Source of the DNA: Octopus sinensis
Taxonomy: Eukaryota
NCBI RefSeq assembly: GCF_006345805.1
Contig: NC_043002.1
Coordinates: 54,870,001 to 54,934,000, forward strand
Direction of reading: 5' to 3'
Length of the DNA stretch: 64,000 bases
Of this stretch, positions 12,260 through 26,129 are shown piece after piece. The position numbers and the translations under genes were made by a program. Numbering within the stretch: position 1 is the stretch's first letter; each line of letters starts with the position of its first letter. The notes beneath the pieces are model-generated. The model was given only the letters and a program-made list of their open reading frames with translations. It was not told where the DNA came from and ran no database searches.

Positions 12260-13080
12260 TTTCTTTTATTTGCCACAAGGGCGACGGGTGAAGGGATAAT
12301 TCAAAGATGGACATAAAGTGTGGGGATATACATGATTAGAGAGAAAAGAAATAAAAAAAAATCAAGTGTGCATAGTATGCAGTATTAACAACAAAAAAGC
12401 AGCATATGGGGCAGACATCAGTTTAGAAAATAAAAGGAAGATAGTGATGCAGTCTTCCTGATAGGATCTCTGGGGCTAATCGAAGAACTCCACCATCCAA
12501 GATCTTTCTGAATACCAAGGGCAAATACCCTCCCCAATGTCTGTTCTCTAGCTCACAGGTTTATACTCAGAGTGGGACCATCTGCTCGTGCCATTTTTGC
12601 TGCTTTCGCTCACCTTTCAGTTATTCAGCATTTCTCAAACTATCTGATGTGGTGTACGGGCAGTTTTTTTTCTCTAATGTGCCAGGGACCAGTAATATTT
12701 CTTAATAATATTAATTTGTACTGTAAACAATATATTTCTATATATATATATATATATATAATGAATATAATAAAAGTTAACAATTTCTTTTTTATCTTAT
12801 ATTTATTTTGTAAACAAATAATACAATGTTACATAAGCATTTTATAATGTTTCTTTCTTTTCTGGAAACTCGGCAGCTGATGGCTCGTGGACCACCACTT
12901 TGAGGAGCATTGAATTATAGTACTTCCCTTTCCACCTTTTTCAAGCGGAACTTGAAAATGTCGATGAGGGCTCTACTAAATACCACTTATTCTCCATGGC
13001 CAACCTTAATATAAAGTTCAGTAAAACCTCCAGTCTGTCTTTTGTGCTTTTCAAAAATTATTGGCGTGCTTTGCTTTCGA
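12260..13080 (-). mobile_element. 3' end of a degenerate L1/Tx1-like LINE, interrupted by a MITE
   Basis: Minus strand reads ...SRALIDIFKFRLKKVEREVL* then, past the MITE, TER*AKAAKMARADGPTLSINL*, resembling Tx1-type ORF2 C-termini; followed by a putative 3' UTR ending at (ATT)n. Confidence 0.5.
12626..12912 (+). mobile_element. hAT-like MITE
   Basis: TIR cagcatttctcaaac / ctttgaggagcattg; reverse copy at 32268-32546. Confidence 0.75.
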
Positions 13081-13414
13081 GTGTCTTAGTGAAGAGGTCA
13101 CAACATGGATGCTTCATCATCGCCATTCCTGTATCTTCTTCGAGATAAACATGACACCTTATCAGATCTTAGAAACAATTCAATGGTTTATTTGAATTTA
13201 GTGTTTGGCTATAACAGAAATCTCTAAATTATTTAAAGATTTTAATCCTGCTTGCTGGCAAATGACAATTGTTTCCGTAAACTGACCATATATTTATTCC
13301 ATATCTCATACAATGCTATGCAATTCATACATTATGTAATCCTGCGCGTCAAGATCTTGTGTGACATGCTAAGCGACAGCCAGGAATTATAATCTCCTGT
13401 CAATTTTATGATAT

Positions 13415-13735
13415 TGGCGCAATATAGCCGAATGGTTAAGAGGTTTGCTTTGTAATGTCGCGGTGCCGGATTCGATCTCACCATATACCATCTTGAGCCG
13501 ATGTCATTTTGGGGTCGATCTGAGATTGAAATGAGATCGATGGAAAGTGTATGGAAGCCCATTGAACGGATTATATCTGTAACTCAAAAGGTGCAACCTT
13601 GTCCCCTGTTTCTGCCTGAGAATTACGTTAACAGTACATGTATCTGTGGAATACTCGGCTACTAAGACGATAATTCAGGAGGAGGTAATTTGGTGGACCG
13701 AACGACTGAATACTCATTGTCGAACGACAGATGCG
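13415..13735 (+). mobile_element. Old SINE with A-like head and C-like tail
   Basis: tRNA-like head, then cctgagaattacgttaa...tgtggaatactcggc tail; similar copy ~18445-18718. Confidence 0.6.
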
Positions 13736-13985
13736 GTTTCGAAGCCAAGTGACCCCGTCACTTTCTCATTAGGGACATAAACTTGGGCAAATCAATTTCA
13801 AAAGTTTTCTGCTGTTGTCAGACACTCTGGATTTAACTGTTTTACTCTATATTCAAACGTATTGAGTCCTTCATTGTGTGAATGATGGTTTTAATCCCTT
13901 CAAGATAATCATAACTTTTTAACTATTCCCTTCTCCCCCTGCACACACGCAATCAAATGAATAATAACAAACGACAAACGAAGGA

Positions 13986-14021
<36 letters not shown>

Positions 14022-14168
14022 AGCAAGCAATAGAAACAAGACTGCATTTTGCACTAAAAGGCAATGTGAGTTTATCTCATAGTGCCTACCGTGTGTATAT
14101 GTTTATCTGTGTACATATATACATATATGTATAATTCTCTCTCCCCCTGTGTGTGTATATATTATACA

Positions 14169-14558
14169 CGCAGGAGTGGCTGTGTGCTAAGTAGCTTGCT
14201 TACCAATTACATGGTTCCGAGTTCAGTCCCACTGTGTAACACCTTGGGCAAGTATCTTCTACTGTAGCCTCGGGCCAACAAAAGCCTTGTGAATGAATTT
14301 GGTAAACGGAAACTGAACGAAGCCCGTCGTATATACATGTGTGTGTGCGTGCGTGCGTATGTGTGTGTTTGTTCCCCAACATCGCTTGGCAATCGATGCT
14401 GGTGTGTTTACGTCACCCTGACTTAGCGGGTCAGCAAAAGACACCGATAGAATAAGTACTAGGTTTACAAAGAATAAGCCTGGGGTCGATTTGCTCGACT
14501 AAAGGCGCTGCTCCAGCATAGCTACAGTCAAATGACTGAAACAAGTAAAAGAATAAAG

Positions 14559-14560
<2 letters not shown>
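14169..14560 (+). mobile_element. SINE family A, full length
   Basis: Well-preserved copy. Confidence 0.95.
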
Positions 14561-14642
<82 letters not shown>

Positions 14643-14645
14643 AAG

Positions 14646-14832
14646 TAATCCAAACAAGAAACAAAAAACAAAACAACGCAAGGATGTGGAACAAATAAAG
14701 TATTATTGGACGCTCAATGCGAGGATGATCCGGTTCTTGACTGAAGATTGAAGGCTTCGAATGTCCCGTCCGTGTTTCTTGTATCGTCTTCTAAATGTTT
14801 TACGTTCTTGTCCCAGTTTGTATTTTTCTACA
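14646..14832. mobile_element. Head-to-head fusion of H1 tail (-) and H2 element (+) inside (TA)n
   Basis: 14646-14716 matches 8442-8516; 14717-14832 matches 1826-1970 (ctgaaga at 14741). Confidence 0.7.
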
Positions 14833-15303
14833 TATAATATATATATATATGAGAGAGTGAGTGAGTGTGTGTGTGTTATCTATGACGGTATGTAGTGCCA
14901 GCGTATATAGACTTTGTCTCAGATTGCCTGGTTTCTCTAATGGCGTATGTGCAAGAAGCCGGTCTGTATCAATGTTAATGAATGACAGAGGAAGTGATTA
15001 AGAATGACGCAAGCACAGCTGTTAGTTTCCAGGAGACATCTTAAACCAGGACTGCATTTCCGTGGATTAAATATGGACAAACATCGATCAACAAACCATG
15101 TCTGTCTGTCTAGTTAGGTCTGGGAATATGTCTACATACAGACTCACACATATTGTACAGCCTCGTGTGTGTATAATATCTGTCTGTCTATCTATCTATC
15201 TATCTGTCTATCTGTCTGTCTGTCTGTCTGCCTGCATGCCTGCCTGCCTGTCTGTCTGCCTGTCCTGCCTGCCTGCCTGCCTGCCTGCTGCTGCCTGTCT
15301 GTC

Positions 15304-15380
<77 letters not shown>

Positions 15381-15383
15381 ATA

Positions 15384-15712
15384 TTTCAGTTATTAGACTG
15401 CGGCTACCCTGGAGCACCATCTTCAATTTCTAGTCGAATGAATTGACTCCAGTATTTTTTCATTAAGCCAACTTAATCACTTTTGCTGAACCGCTAAGTT
15501 ATGGGTAACACCAACATTGATTGTCAGGCAGTGACAGGGGACAAACAGGGACACATACACACACACATTTATACGACGAGCTTCTTTCAGTTTCCGTCTA
15601 CCAACTTCACTCCCGAGTCTACAGCATAAAGCACTTGCCCAAGGTACCACACAATGGGAATGAAATCAGAACCATATGGTTGGGAAGCAAACTTCTCATC
15701 ACACAGCCATAC
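15384..15712 (-). mobile_element. SINE family A, degenerate
   Basis: ggagcacc tail to ttgggaagcaa...cacagcca head. Confidence 0.8.
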
Positions 15713-16040
15713 CTTCACCTTAGATACATAAGAATATTGGAGGACTGTAAAAGAACAATAAGAACTGTAATAAAGCTGAAGTGAAGAACGAATATAATAT
15801 AGTGCGTGTGTTTATTTGGCCAAAAAAGAGGAAGGGATGACCGTCCCGAAGTATAAAAATACTGGGAATGTTTGAACATCAATCACTGCCGGAGAGAGAA
15901 AGAGAGAGAGAGGGAGAGAGAGATTTTCATCTCCTACTACCTCTCTCTCTCTCTGCATTCCCGGGATGCATTGCAATATTTACCCTCTACGTGAGGGCCA
16001 CGCCTAACAACACCTTGTATATTGGTTCAACGGTAAACAG

Positions 16041-16076
<36 letters not shown>

Positions 16077-16761
16077 GGAGCGTGCACTCCCCCAGAGACG
16101 GTATTTCCACTTTAGGTTAACACCCCCATACACACACACACACACGTGCAGGGTTTTTTTTTATTCAGCGTGTTTTAACCTCGTTTTTGATAAATTAAAA
16201 AAATTTAAGAAAAGAAAAAAAAAAATTCGTGGAATTTTGTCAACTGACGTGATTCATAGCGATATCTATATCATTGTAGCTGTTGTTGTTTTTGAAGTTT
16301 AGGTCAGCCTTGATCAAGCTAACCAAAGAAAAAAAGGGCGTTCCATCCGTGACCCTCAAATCTATTCAGATACAAAGCATCTGGGATGACATTGACTTAA
16401 TATCGTCTTGTAAGTGGATAGGGGTTTTTATTTGGTGGTGGTGATGGTGAGATTAGGTTGATATTTTTAGCAGGTAGACTGGCCACGTAGAAGCATCGTT
16501 ACCTGGTTGTAGTGAGTGGTAGTAGCAGTAGTCGTAGTGGCAACAGTCGTAGCAGCAGCAGCAGTTAGTCGAAGACGTTGTGACAGGGCTGTGTGTGTGT
16601 AATATAAGTTAGCACTTCACTCTCGATAGAAACATACATACGTGTGTGTGTATGTAATCGTTTGTCAATTCTTTTGGGATAGGTTGAAGGTAACAAACAT
16701 CAAATTTGATTTAGTACACAACGATTCACCTCCAGACAGACAGACACACACATATATGTTC

Positions 16762-16802
<41 letters not shown>

Positions 16803-16902
16803 CACAGTGTATATATTATTAATTCAAGCGTATAGATGATTTTATACAGCCTCAACTAAGTGTGTGTGTGTGTAGTATAAATATATGATGATAATAATTA
16901 TA

Positions 16903-17119
16903 ATTTTCTACTCTAGGCACGAGGCCTTGAAGAGTTTGGAGGAAGGGTGCTAGTCGATTATATCGACCACAGTACGTAACTGGTAGTTAATTTATCGACC
17001 CCGAAAGGATGAAAGGCAAAGTCGACCTCGGCGGAATTTGAACTCAGAACATAGCGACAGACGAAATACCGCTAGGCATTTCACCTGGCGTGCTACAGTT
17101 ACTGCCACCTCGCCGCCTT
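16903..17119 (-). mobile_element. SINE family B, full length (B2 tail)
   Basis: Minus strand ggcggcgag...gagttcaaattcc B-box, gcctttcatcctttcggggtcgataaa central domain. Confidence 0.95.
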
Positions 17120-17184
17120 CATATATAATAATAATAGTTGTAGTAGTGATTTCTTTATTATGAAACAGTTGTGATCTTTATCTT

Positions 17185-17372
17185 TTTCTTAGTTCAGTCA
17201 GTCAGACTAGAGCACCGTCTTAATCTTTTTCAAGTCGAACGGATCGACCCTTTTTTAAAAATCTGGTACTTATTCTATCGGACCGTTTTGCTGAACCGCT
17301 AGATCACGGCGACGTAAACACACCGACACCAGTTGTCAAGCGGTGATGTGGGAATAAACAGATACAAAGAGA
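17185..17372 (-). mobile_element. SINE family A, 3' half
   Basis: ggtacttattctatcgg...gaaccgcta...gttgtcaagcggtg. Confidence 0.8.
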
Positions 17373-17629
17373 CACGTGCATTGCCACCACACACCACAAC
17401 ACCACACACACACACACACACACACACACACCACATATATATTATATATATACATGGTATTGTTGGGTGTGTGTATATATATATATATATATATATCTAT
17501 GGTGTTTGTAGGGGTGTGTATACGTATATATATATATACCTGGTGTGTGTATACGTATATATATATATACATGGTGTTGTGCATGTATATATATATCATG
17601 GTGTGTGCATATATATATATATATACATG

Positions 17630-17667
<38 letters not shown>

Positions 17668-17672
<5 letters not shown>

Positions 17673-17850
17673 CTGTGTATGTATATATATTTACATACAT
17701 GATCTGTGTATGTATATATATTTACATACATGATCTGTGTATGTATATATATTTACATACATGGTCTGTGTATGTATATATATTTACATACATGGTCTGT
17801 GTATGTATATATATTTACATACATGGTCTGTGTATGCATATATATATATA
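17668..17850. repeat. 31-bp minisatellite (atgatctgtgtatgtatatatatttacatac)n
   Basis: About 5.5 near-identical tandem units without spacers. Confidence 0.95.
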
Positions 17851-18385
17851 CACATACACAGTATATATGTGTATTTATATATATACACATATATACATAC
17901 ACGGTGTGTATGTGTATATACATATATATGCATACGCAGTGTTTGTAAGGGTTATCCGTTGCCATATTTCCCCACTGTACACTAGCTTTCTTCTAATGCT
18001 TCCGAGTGGTAATATTCCAATATTTCCTACTCAGTGCCTATGGTAGGCACCTGCCGAAGACCGGACAGTACCACTGGCACTGGAACAACCAACATGAAGA
18101 CACGAGTTTAGAGTATGTCAGTATGTAAGCTGGAAACAGTCGTCCAAGATGTCGTGTGGTGCCTTGAATATAATTCGCAGTACGGTTCGGCCTGTCATGA
18201 AGTATGGAGAAGCGGTTCGGCAAAGAGAGACCGATAGGATAAGTAGCAGGCTTTAAAACAGTATTGGGGTCGATGGCGGTGCCCCAGCATGGTCGCAGTT
18301 CAATGACTAAAACGAGTAAAAGACAAAGATAAAAATACACACACACCACACACACACAAAGAAACTCTCTCTCTCACGCACGCAC

Positions 18386-18431
<46 letters not shown>

Positions 18432-18846
18432 GCACTGACATGACCAAGTGGTTCGCAAGTTCACTTCCCCATCGCATTGTTCTGCTTTCTTGGGTCCTTT
18501 GCCATGACATTGGATCAGTCCATTCTTTGTGAGTGAAATTGGCAAGACAGAAACTGTGTAGAAGCCTATCCAATGGACTCTTCATGTAAATCTCTCTGGA
18601 GATTATGTTAAGGAGACTAGTCGTTGCGCAGTACTCAGCCACTTAGACGTAAATTACGTAATTAGTTTGGTTAATCGCGAAGTTGGAATATTGAATGATT
18701 ACGACTGACGGACATCCATTTAGTTTTATACATACATGTAAACACATTTGTGTGTGAATGTGTGTATAAATACATACCTATATCTATATGCATGAGTGTG
18801 TGTGTAATATATATATATATATACCCACACCTACACTCACATATTC

Positions 18847-18923
<77 letters not shown>

Positions 18924-19249
18924 CACGTATATACACACATGTATATATACCTACACACGCTCCGATTTTATTCCAATTACCCGGTGTATGTGTGTGCACG
19001 CGCGCATCTGGTTTGAATGTAGGACATGCGTGTTGTAGTCTCAGCTGAGTGGGTGGGTGTTGGCTTCTGATCAGCATCATGCTAGCTTCTTCTTTAACTA
19101 AACAATGAAATGACATTGATCTGTGTGGGTTTTAAGCTGGCTTCTGTGTAACATCTGGGGATGTGTGAATGCTTACTTGTTTGGCGGCCGAGCTTGAGTT
19201 TGTGTGTATCGCTTCTGGCTGGTAAGGATGGGAGAGAGAGACACACACA

Positions 19250-19560
19250 GGTAGGTAGTTAGGTAGGTAGATAGATATGTAAATAGATATGTAGATGGGT
19301 AGATAGATTGATAGACAGGCAGATGGGTATAGATATAGATAGATAGACAGATGGATAGATATAGATAGACAGACAGATGGATAGATATAGATAGACGGAT
19401 AGATGGATAGATATAGATAGACAGACGGACAGATGGATAGATATAGATAGACAGACGGATAGATGGATAGATATAGACAGACAGATGGATAGATATAGAT
19501 AGACAGACAGACAGATGGATAGATAGATGGATAGACGGGAAGATGGAGCGGTAGATAGAT
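19250..19560. repeat. Complex (GATA/GACA/GATG)n microsatellite
   Basis: Direct inspection; (TATC)n tracts also at ~21135-21305 and ~31105-31180. Confidence 0.95.
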
Positions 19561-20637
19561 GTGAGACAAGTAAATGGGTTGGCAGAGAAATGGTGAGTTA
19601 TGAAAGTGGAGATGGTAAGAGTAGGAGACAGAATGTGAGTCAGTTATTATAGTGATTGTTGTGGTGGTGGTGGTAGCAATCTGCTTCAGTAGTTTATAGA
19701 TTGGTGGTGGTGAGGAAATATGCATGTTGTTGGTGGAGGTGGTTGCTAAAAGGATGGACATGTATGGATGGACGTGAGGTTGGAGGGGAGTCAGATGAGT
19801 GACAGTGGCCGAGGCGATGGGGAGGAATGTATTTGGGAGGGAGGGTGTAGTGGTGATGGTGGCGGCGGTGGTGTTTGGTTTACAATTGTTTCCAGCAAGC
19901 TACATCCTGCCATCGGTATTGGAGATGGGGGTTGGGAGGAGGAGAAGAGGAGGTGCGCGCAAGCGTGTGAGAAGCCACAGATGTCTGCTTGTCCCACCAG
20001 ACTCACTCACTCAACCACTGCTCCTTCCCCCCTCTCTCTCATACACACACATTGCCGTCTCACTCTTTCACAAACCTCCCTGTCTCTCTCATCTATCTAT
20101 CTATCTATCTATCTATCTATATATATATATACACACACGCATACATATGTGCATGTATGCAGGTATGTATAAACGTGTGTATGTATATGTAGATACGCAT
20201 GTACGTACGTTTATGTGTGTTTGTATAGGTATATGTATATTTATATATCTATATATGTATAGGTGTGTGAGTATACAAACATGCACACACACACACACAC
20301 ACATACATATCAAATGACATTTATCTCTCACAGAGTGCTCTTGTAGTGGATCCCAGTAAGCATATATATATATATATTATGTGTGTGTATATATATTATA
20401 TAACGAACTTGTTCTATATAGATTGTCAGGTGCATTATATATATATATATATAATATATATATATATTATATATATATATACAAATAAAATAATAATAAA
20501 ATAGAGAAAACACATTAGTGGTTTATCAGCTTTAGGATATTAGAATGGCTTATTTAATTAACAAAACTACACAACCATAATTAACATAACACACGTACAC
20601 ACACACACACATACACACATATATATATATTATATAT

Positions 20638-20670
<33 letters not shown>

Positions 20671-21185
20671 CTATATATATATATTATATAGAGAGAGAGA
20701 GAAGAGATTGTAGATGTATGTGTGTATATAATATGTATAAAACTGCATGTATGCATCCATTCACATGCACGTAATTATCTCATTGTACGTGCGATGACTA
20801 TGCCTAACCCTGCAAAAGCAGTGCCATATTAACCATAACTGCAGCAGCAAATCCGCTAAGAAACTTGTTGCGTGCTAATTACCCACAATGCAATGTTATT
20901 TTCTGTTATCAAATCGGACGTTTCTCCTTGTCTTTACTATATTTAGTTCAAAATAAGCCGCAATAAAAATAAATCTACCCCTTGACAAATAACCGTAGAA
21001 GAATCCTGTACCGACATGTTCTACCTTCGTTTATTTTCCACTTTTTTTTTTTTATCACTGGAATTTTTTAGTTGTAAAATTTTAAATAAAACTTGACTAT
21101 TGAGATACCTGCTAGGGAAGACCTTCACGATCCATTCTATCTATCTTTTTATCTATTTATCTATCTATTTATCTATCTATCTATT

Positions 21186-21281
<96 letters not shown>

Positions 21282-21702
21282 AGTATGCCTGTCTGTCTAT
21301 CTATCTTCCTTCTCTCTCTCTCTCTCATTTATTTTACTTTATCATTACTATTCGACGTGTTTTTATTGTTAACAAATAATGAATAGCTCATAAATCCGGA
21401 TAAACGGATTTATGAGTTTTTATCCGACAAATATTTACCCCGATAAATTTTTTTCTTCCTCTCCATGAGAATGTTAAATATCATTTTTTTTTTTATTGTT
21501 GACAACAAACAAACAGGCAACTATATAACCTCGTCTTTCTCTTTTCCTTTTTTTCTTTACTTCTCTTTTAACTTGACTTTACACCAATATTCAATCTAAC
21601 AAAGCCTACATTCAAAGACATTCCAACCTATGACTATTTCTCGAACTTTCTCCTTCAAACACAATGCGTCTATCTGCGAAGGATTCCTTCTCTTTCATCT
21701 TT

Positions 21703-21814
<112 letters not shown>

Positions 21815-21835
21815 TGGGAGTGTATGTATATCGTG

Positions 21836-22120
21836 AGGGTGTGTGGCTTAGTGGTTTAGGTGTTGGACTTTTGATCGTGTGATCGTGGTTTCAATTCCTG
21901 GACCAGGTGTTGCGTTGTGTTCTTGACCAAAACACTTGATCTTGCGTTCCTCTCGACACCTGGCGCGTGGTACACTATGCACTTTTACAGGCAATGGTCC
22001 ATTTGAAGGTCAGAGTGAGCTAATGTACAGCACAACGTTGGATCGCTGTAAACAGGTCATCTGGGTAGTTTGTCCGGCAAGAAGTTGCCGGGCACTCACA
22101 TACAGTGATAGTTCGTTCCA
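21836..22120 (+). mobile_element. SINE with C-type head and a different tail
   Basis: gtgtggcttagtggttt...ggtttcaattcctgg...ttgtgttcttgaccaaaacactt head, then unrelated 3' sequence. Confidence 0.65.
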
Positions 22121-22477
22121 TGACCGAGCTCGTCTTATAATTTACTCATTTTACAAATCAACTTTTCCGATTGAAATTGACTAAAATATAATTATTCCCT
22201 ACCAGCCCCCCCCCCCCCCACACCACTCAGAAATAATTTTTCTATGAGTTTTAAAACAGGAGAGGTGTAGTTAACCAGTAAAATGACAATTATAAAGCAA
22301 GAGAATGCAAAAGAAATATGTAAACTGGTTTTATTAATTGAATTACCTTTTAAAGCGGGACAATTTGTGTGCTTGTACGGCGGATCTCCGCTCGTACTTC
22401 AAGACAAAAGTTCACACAAGTCTCGGCTTGTAAAGCAAATTACTCGTACTGCGAGGTTTCTACTGTATATATTCTTT

Positions 22478-22850
22478 TGTTCTTTTACTTCTTTCAGTCA
22501 CTTGACCGCGGCCATGCTGGAGCACCGCATTTACTCAAACAAATCGACCCTAGGACTTATTCTTTGTAAGCCTAGTACTTATTCTATCGGTGTCTTTTGC
22601 CGAACCGCTAAGTTACGAGAACGTAAACGCTACCATCGGTTGTCAAGCGATGTTGGGGGACAAACACACACACACACACACATATATACACACACGACGA
22701 GCTTCTTTAAGTTTCCGTCTACCAAATCCACTCACAAGGCTTTGGTCGACCCGAGGCTATAGTAGAAGACACCTGCCCAAGGTGCCACGCAGTAGGATTG
22801 AACCAGGAACCATGTGGTTCGTAAGCAAGCTATTTACCACACGGCCACTC
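22478..22850 (-). mobile_element. SINE family A, full length
   Basis: Well-preserved reverse copy. Confidence 0.95.
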
Positions 22851-24528
22851 ATATAAAATGGAATGGACGACTTTATTTAAAATCACTGCAATTGTTTCCA
22901 CACATTTTTGCATCCCTGTGGTACATTGATGAGATGTTGAGCAATTATGAATCAACATCTTACCGCAGGTGTAAAAATGTGTCAAAACAATCGTAGTGAT
23001 TTTAAAAATAAAGATTGTCGTTCATTTCATTTTCTATCATTTATCTATTTCAATAAACTCCTGATCGGAGGAGCATTTTACATTGTATGATAACATCAGG
23101 TAGCCAATAACTGTGGATGGGCTTTGCATAGCATTCGATAAAGGTTTTTACTCGAATCTTATTTAACTCTGTGTGTGTGTGTGTGGTGGTGGGGGGGGGT
23201 ATGATGTCATGATGTCGAGCTCACTGTGAGTTCTGTCAAACGGTCTAATTTCAATTCCTGGGTTGGTTCCTGTCACACCAAAATATTCTTTGGTGTTGGA
23301 GCCGTGCATAAGTGGCAATGCTTTGTTTTGTGACGCAGGGCTAACATAAAATTAACCTTAAAAGGCTGTAAGAAAATGAGGTTATTTAAATATTTCAATG
23401 GTTTTCAATTTGAGGAATACATATTTCGGCGTCCGTGAATGCCATAGCTGAGATTCTTTATTTTCTGGTTCTGCAATCAGGCCACAAGACAATGAAATGG
23501 AGTACACGTTGGGCGAGAACCTTGATGCGGAGAATGATGTGTTTGTTTAGAAAAACTTTCTAAAGTTTGCAAAAAATAGCGAAGTTTAGCCTCTCCAAAT
23601 CTTGCGTGCAGTAGGCAAAGTTTTTTTTTCTACGAGAGTTCCGGACCCCAGTTATGAACTTATTTGCATACAGCTAATCAGAGCTCAACTATCAAACTAA
23701 TTTATGAGCGCGTGACAAGTGATGGGCGATAAGATAAGGTCACTTGGACAAGGAATGACCGTGTTTCTTTTCTCTTTTAATAATTCTTGTTCTTGTTTCA
23801 ACTATGGCTGCCTCTGCTTAGTTATTCGTGTTGTTGTTTACTTTCTAAAACAGTAAGGGGAGGGGGTTGCTCGCACATCACCCTCTACCCGCATTTTTCC
23901 CATCCACATCTTTACCATAAGGGGCCCTAACAAAATCCGATAACAGGTATAGATGCAAATCTATCTAATTAATTGTCTCCTTCTAAAATCAGGCATAACT
24001 TGGCGAGTGTTCGACTTGCAACACCGTTTTTCATATTGAGCTTACTTGGTAGAGTGTGTTTGTTAACTTGACATGGTCAAGGTGAGTTCTGTTTGGTTAT
24101 ATGCAAACGAGTTCATTACGAGGGTCCGGATCTCATGTGGGGAAAAAAATTTGCGTGCAGTAGTTGGAAATAAAGCTGATTCCGTAAATTCTATTTGTGT
24201 GTGTGTGTGTGTGTGTGTGCTTCTCTAGTTGTTGTCGTGAGGATGTGGAGATAAGGGGAAACGGGGGCTGGGCCAGTAGCATGGAACAGAAAGACGACTA
24301 GTCTTCTGGATGTAACTTGTTAGCTGCAGCTCCGGTCTTTCATCAATTATGATGGCCTAGCACACACACACACACACACACACACATATCTATGTGTGCG
24401 TGTGTATATCTATGTATGTTCATATATATATTTATATGTGTGTCTGTGTGTATATATTTCATATTCTATGTAAATATATTCGTGTATATACATATATATA
24501 TATATACATCTATCTGTGTGTATGTATT

Positions 24529-24591
<63 letters not shown>

Positions 24592-24619
24592 GTGTCACAT
24601 TAAGTTGTCAGCAGCATAC

Positions 24620-24791
24620 CACCACTTTATATCTATCTTTCTTTCTTTCTTTTCTCTGTTTCTGAAGAAGCGCTTTACTCGAAACGTAAGACCACCTTTC
24701 TTTCCTTCCCTGAGCGTCTGCTAATACTTTACATGTACCACGTCCTTGTATTGTTGTTGTTTTTTGTGTTTGTTCTTCATTTTTGGGGATT

Positions 24792-24795
<4 letters not shown>
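24620..24795 (+). mobile_element. Family H1 element with HHR motif at 24658-24692
   Basis: GUUU-CUGAAGA-(decayed stem II)-GAAA-CGUA-AGAC, then ctgagcgtc and T-rich tail into (TA)n. Confidence 0.7.
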
Positions 24796-24827
<32 letters not shown>

Positions 24828-24892
24828 GTCACTTTGAGACCGCGACCTAGCACGGAATTTTGTCAGGGAAGAGGTCGCGGTCTCGAAGCGAC
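24828..24892. repeat. 21-bp-arm hairpin between (TA)n tracts
   Basis: gtcactttgagaccgcgacct / aggtcgcggtctcgaagcgac, 23-nt loop. Confidence 0.9.
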
Positions 24893-25224
24893 AAAAATAT
24901 TTGGCAAATTAAATTTATATATATATATATATATATATATTTACACACACACACCTGAAACCTAATTGTGTTTATCTGCCTCGCTACTTGTGTGCGTGTG
25001 TGTATACACACACACACACATATGTACACAACTGTTTGCATTCATAGCTGTAACAGATTAAAAAAGAAACTAAAAAAAGACTATCTTACATTTTTATTGG
25101 TGTGTGTGTGTGTGTGTGTGCAGATGGATGGTGTTTAGAGACAAGGCTGAAGCGGGTGTGGATATTCGCCTGCCAACATGTAGTCATAAATATGCATCAT
25201 GAGAGGGAAAGAAACATAAGTATT

Positions 25225-25268
<44 letters not shown>

Positions 25269-25642
25269 CTGGGAAGAACATTCTGTGGCGCGTGTATTTC
25301 ATTGAAGTCCCTAACTGCTGCTCTTCCACTAAGTACAGTTTAGCTTTTCTGCTCGATCTATTCTCTTGCTTCCAGATGTTGCAACATCGATCTTAACGTC
25401 CATATTGTCAGCTAGTTGTTTTATGTGTGTGTTTTATTTTATTTTCATTTATTCATTTAGCAGTTGTTGTTGTTGCTGTTGTTATTGTTCGTTACTTGCA
25501 TAAAGGCTCCATCATCAATACCACCACCACCACCACAATCGCCACCGCCGCCATTTTAGTTTCTCCATCACCTGGAGCACAGGCTGCTGTCCTCTTTTCA
25601 TTTTCTTTTTTTACTATTTAAATATGTGCGTGTAAGAAAGGG

Positions 25643-25688
<46 letters not shown>

Positions 25689-26129
25689 CCTTTATATATA
25701 TATATATACACATATATATGTGTGTGTTCAGCAGCCTTAAAAGTGAACCACATACATACATCACACACGCACGCAACAGAAGTTTATCAGTTGGATCATT
25801 GTTGCTGACGATGTATTTTTTCCATCATCGTTGCTGTGTGTGTTCATTTGTCTATGTCAGGCTGTGAATTGCCCAAATCAATAGAACGAATTCCTTGAGC
25901 TATTTATTCGGGCTTTCTGAGTTCAAATACTTGCCGAGGTCCAACTTTACCTTAGGTCTTTTCGGGGTCGATAAATAAAGCAACAGCCAGTTACTATGAC
26001 TTGTCGCTCTCTTTCCCCGATCTTCTGTCTCTCTTTCTCCCCTATCTTTCTCCCTCTATTTCCTCCCGCTCTCCCCCTCTGACATGCCACAAAGGCTTGG
26101 ATAATAAGCCTGGCCTCGATAGGTGTGAG

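Noticed and set aside
17668-17850. CRISPR-like regular repeat
   Set aside because: Head-to-tail units with no spacers, no cas genes, eukaryotic context
21387-21420. Perfect 12-bp hairpin followed by Ts, like a bacterial terminator
   Set aside because: Eukaryotic context; probably internal to a decayed Helentron-type repeat ending near 21535
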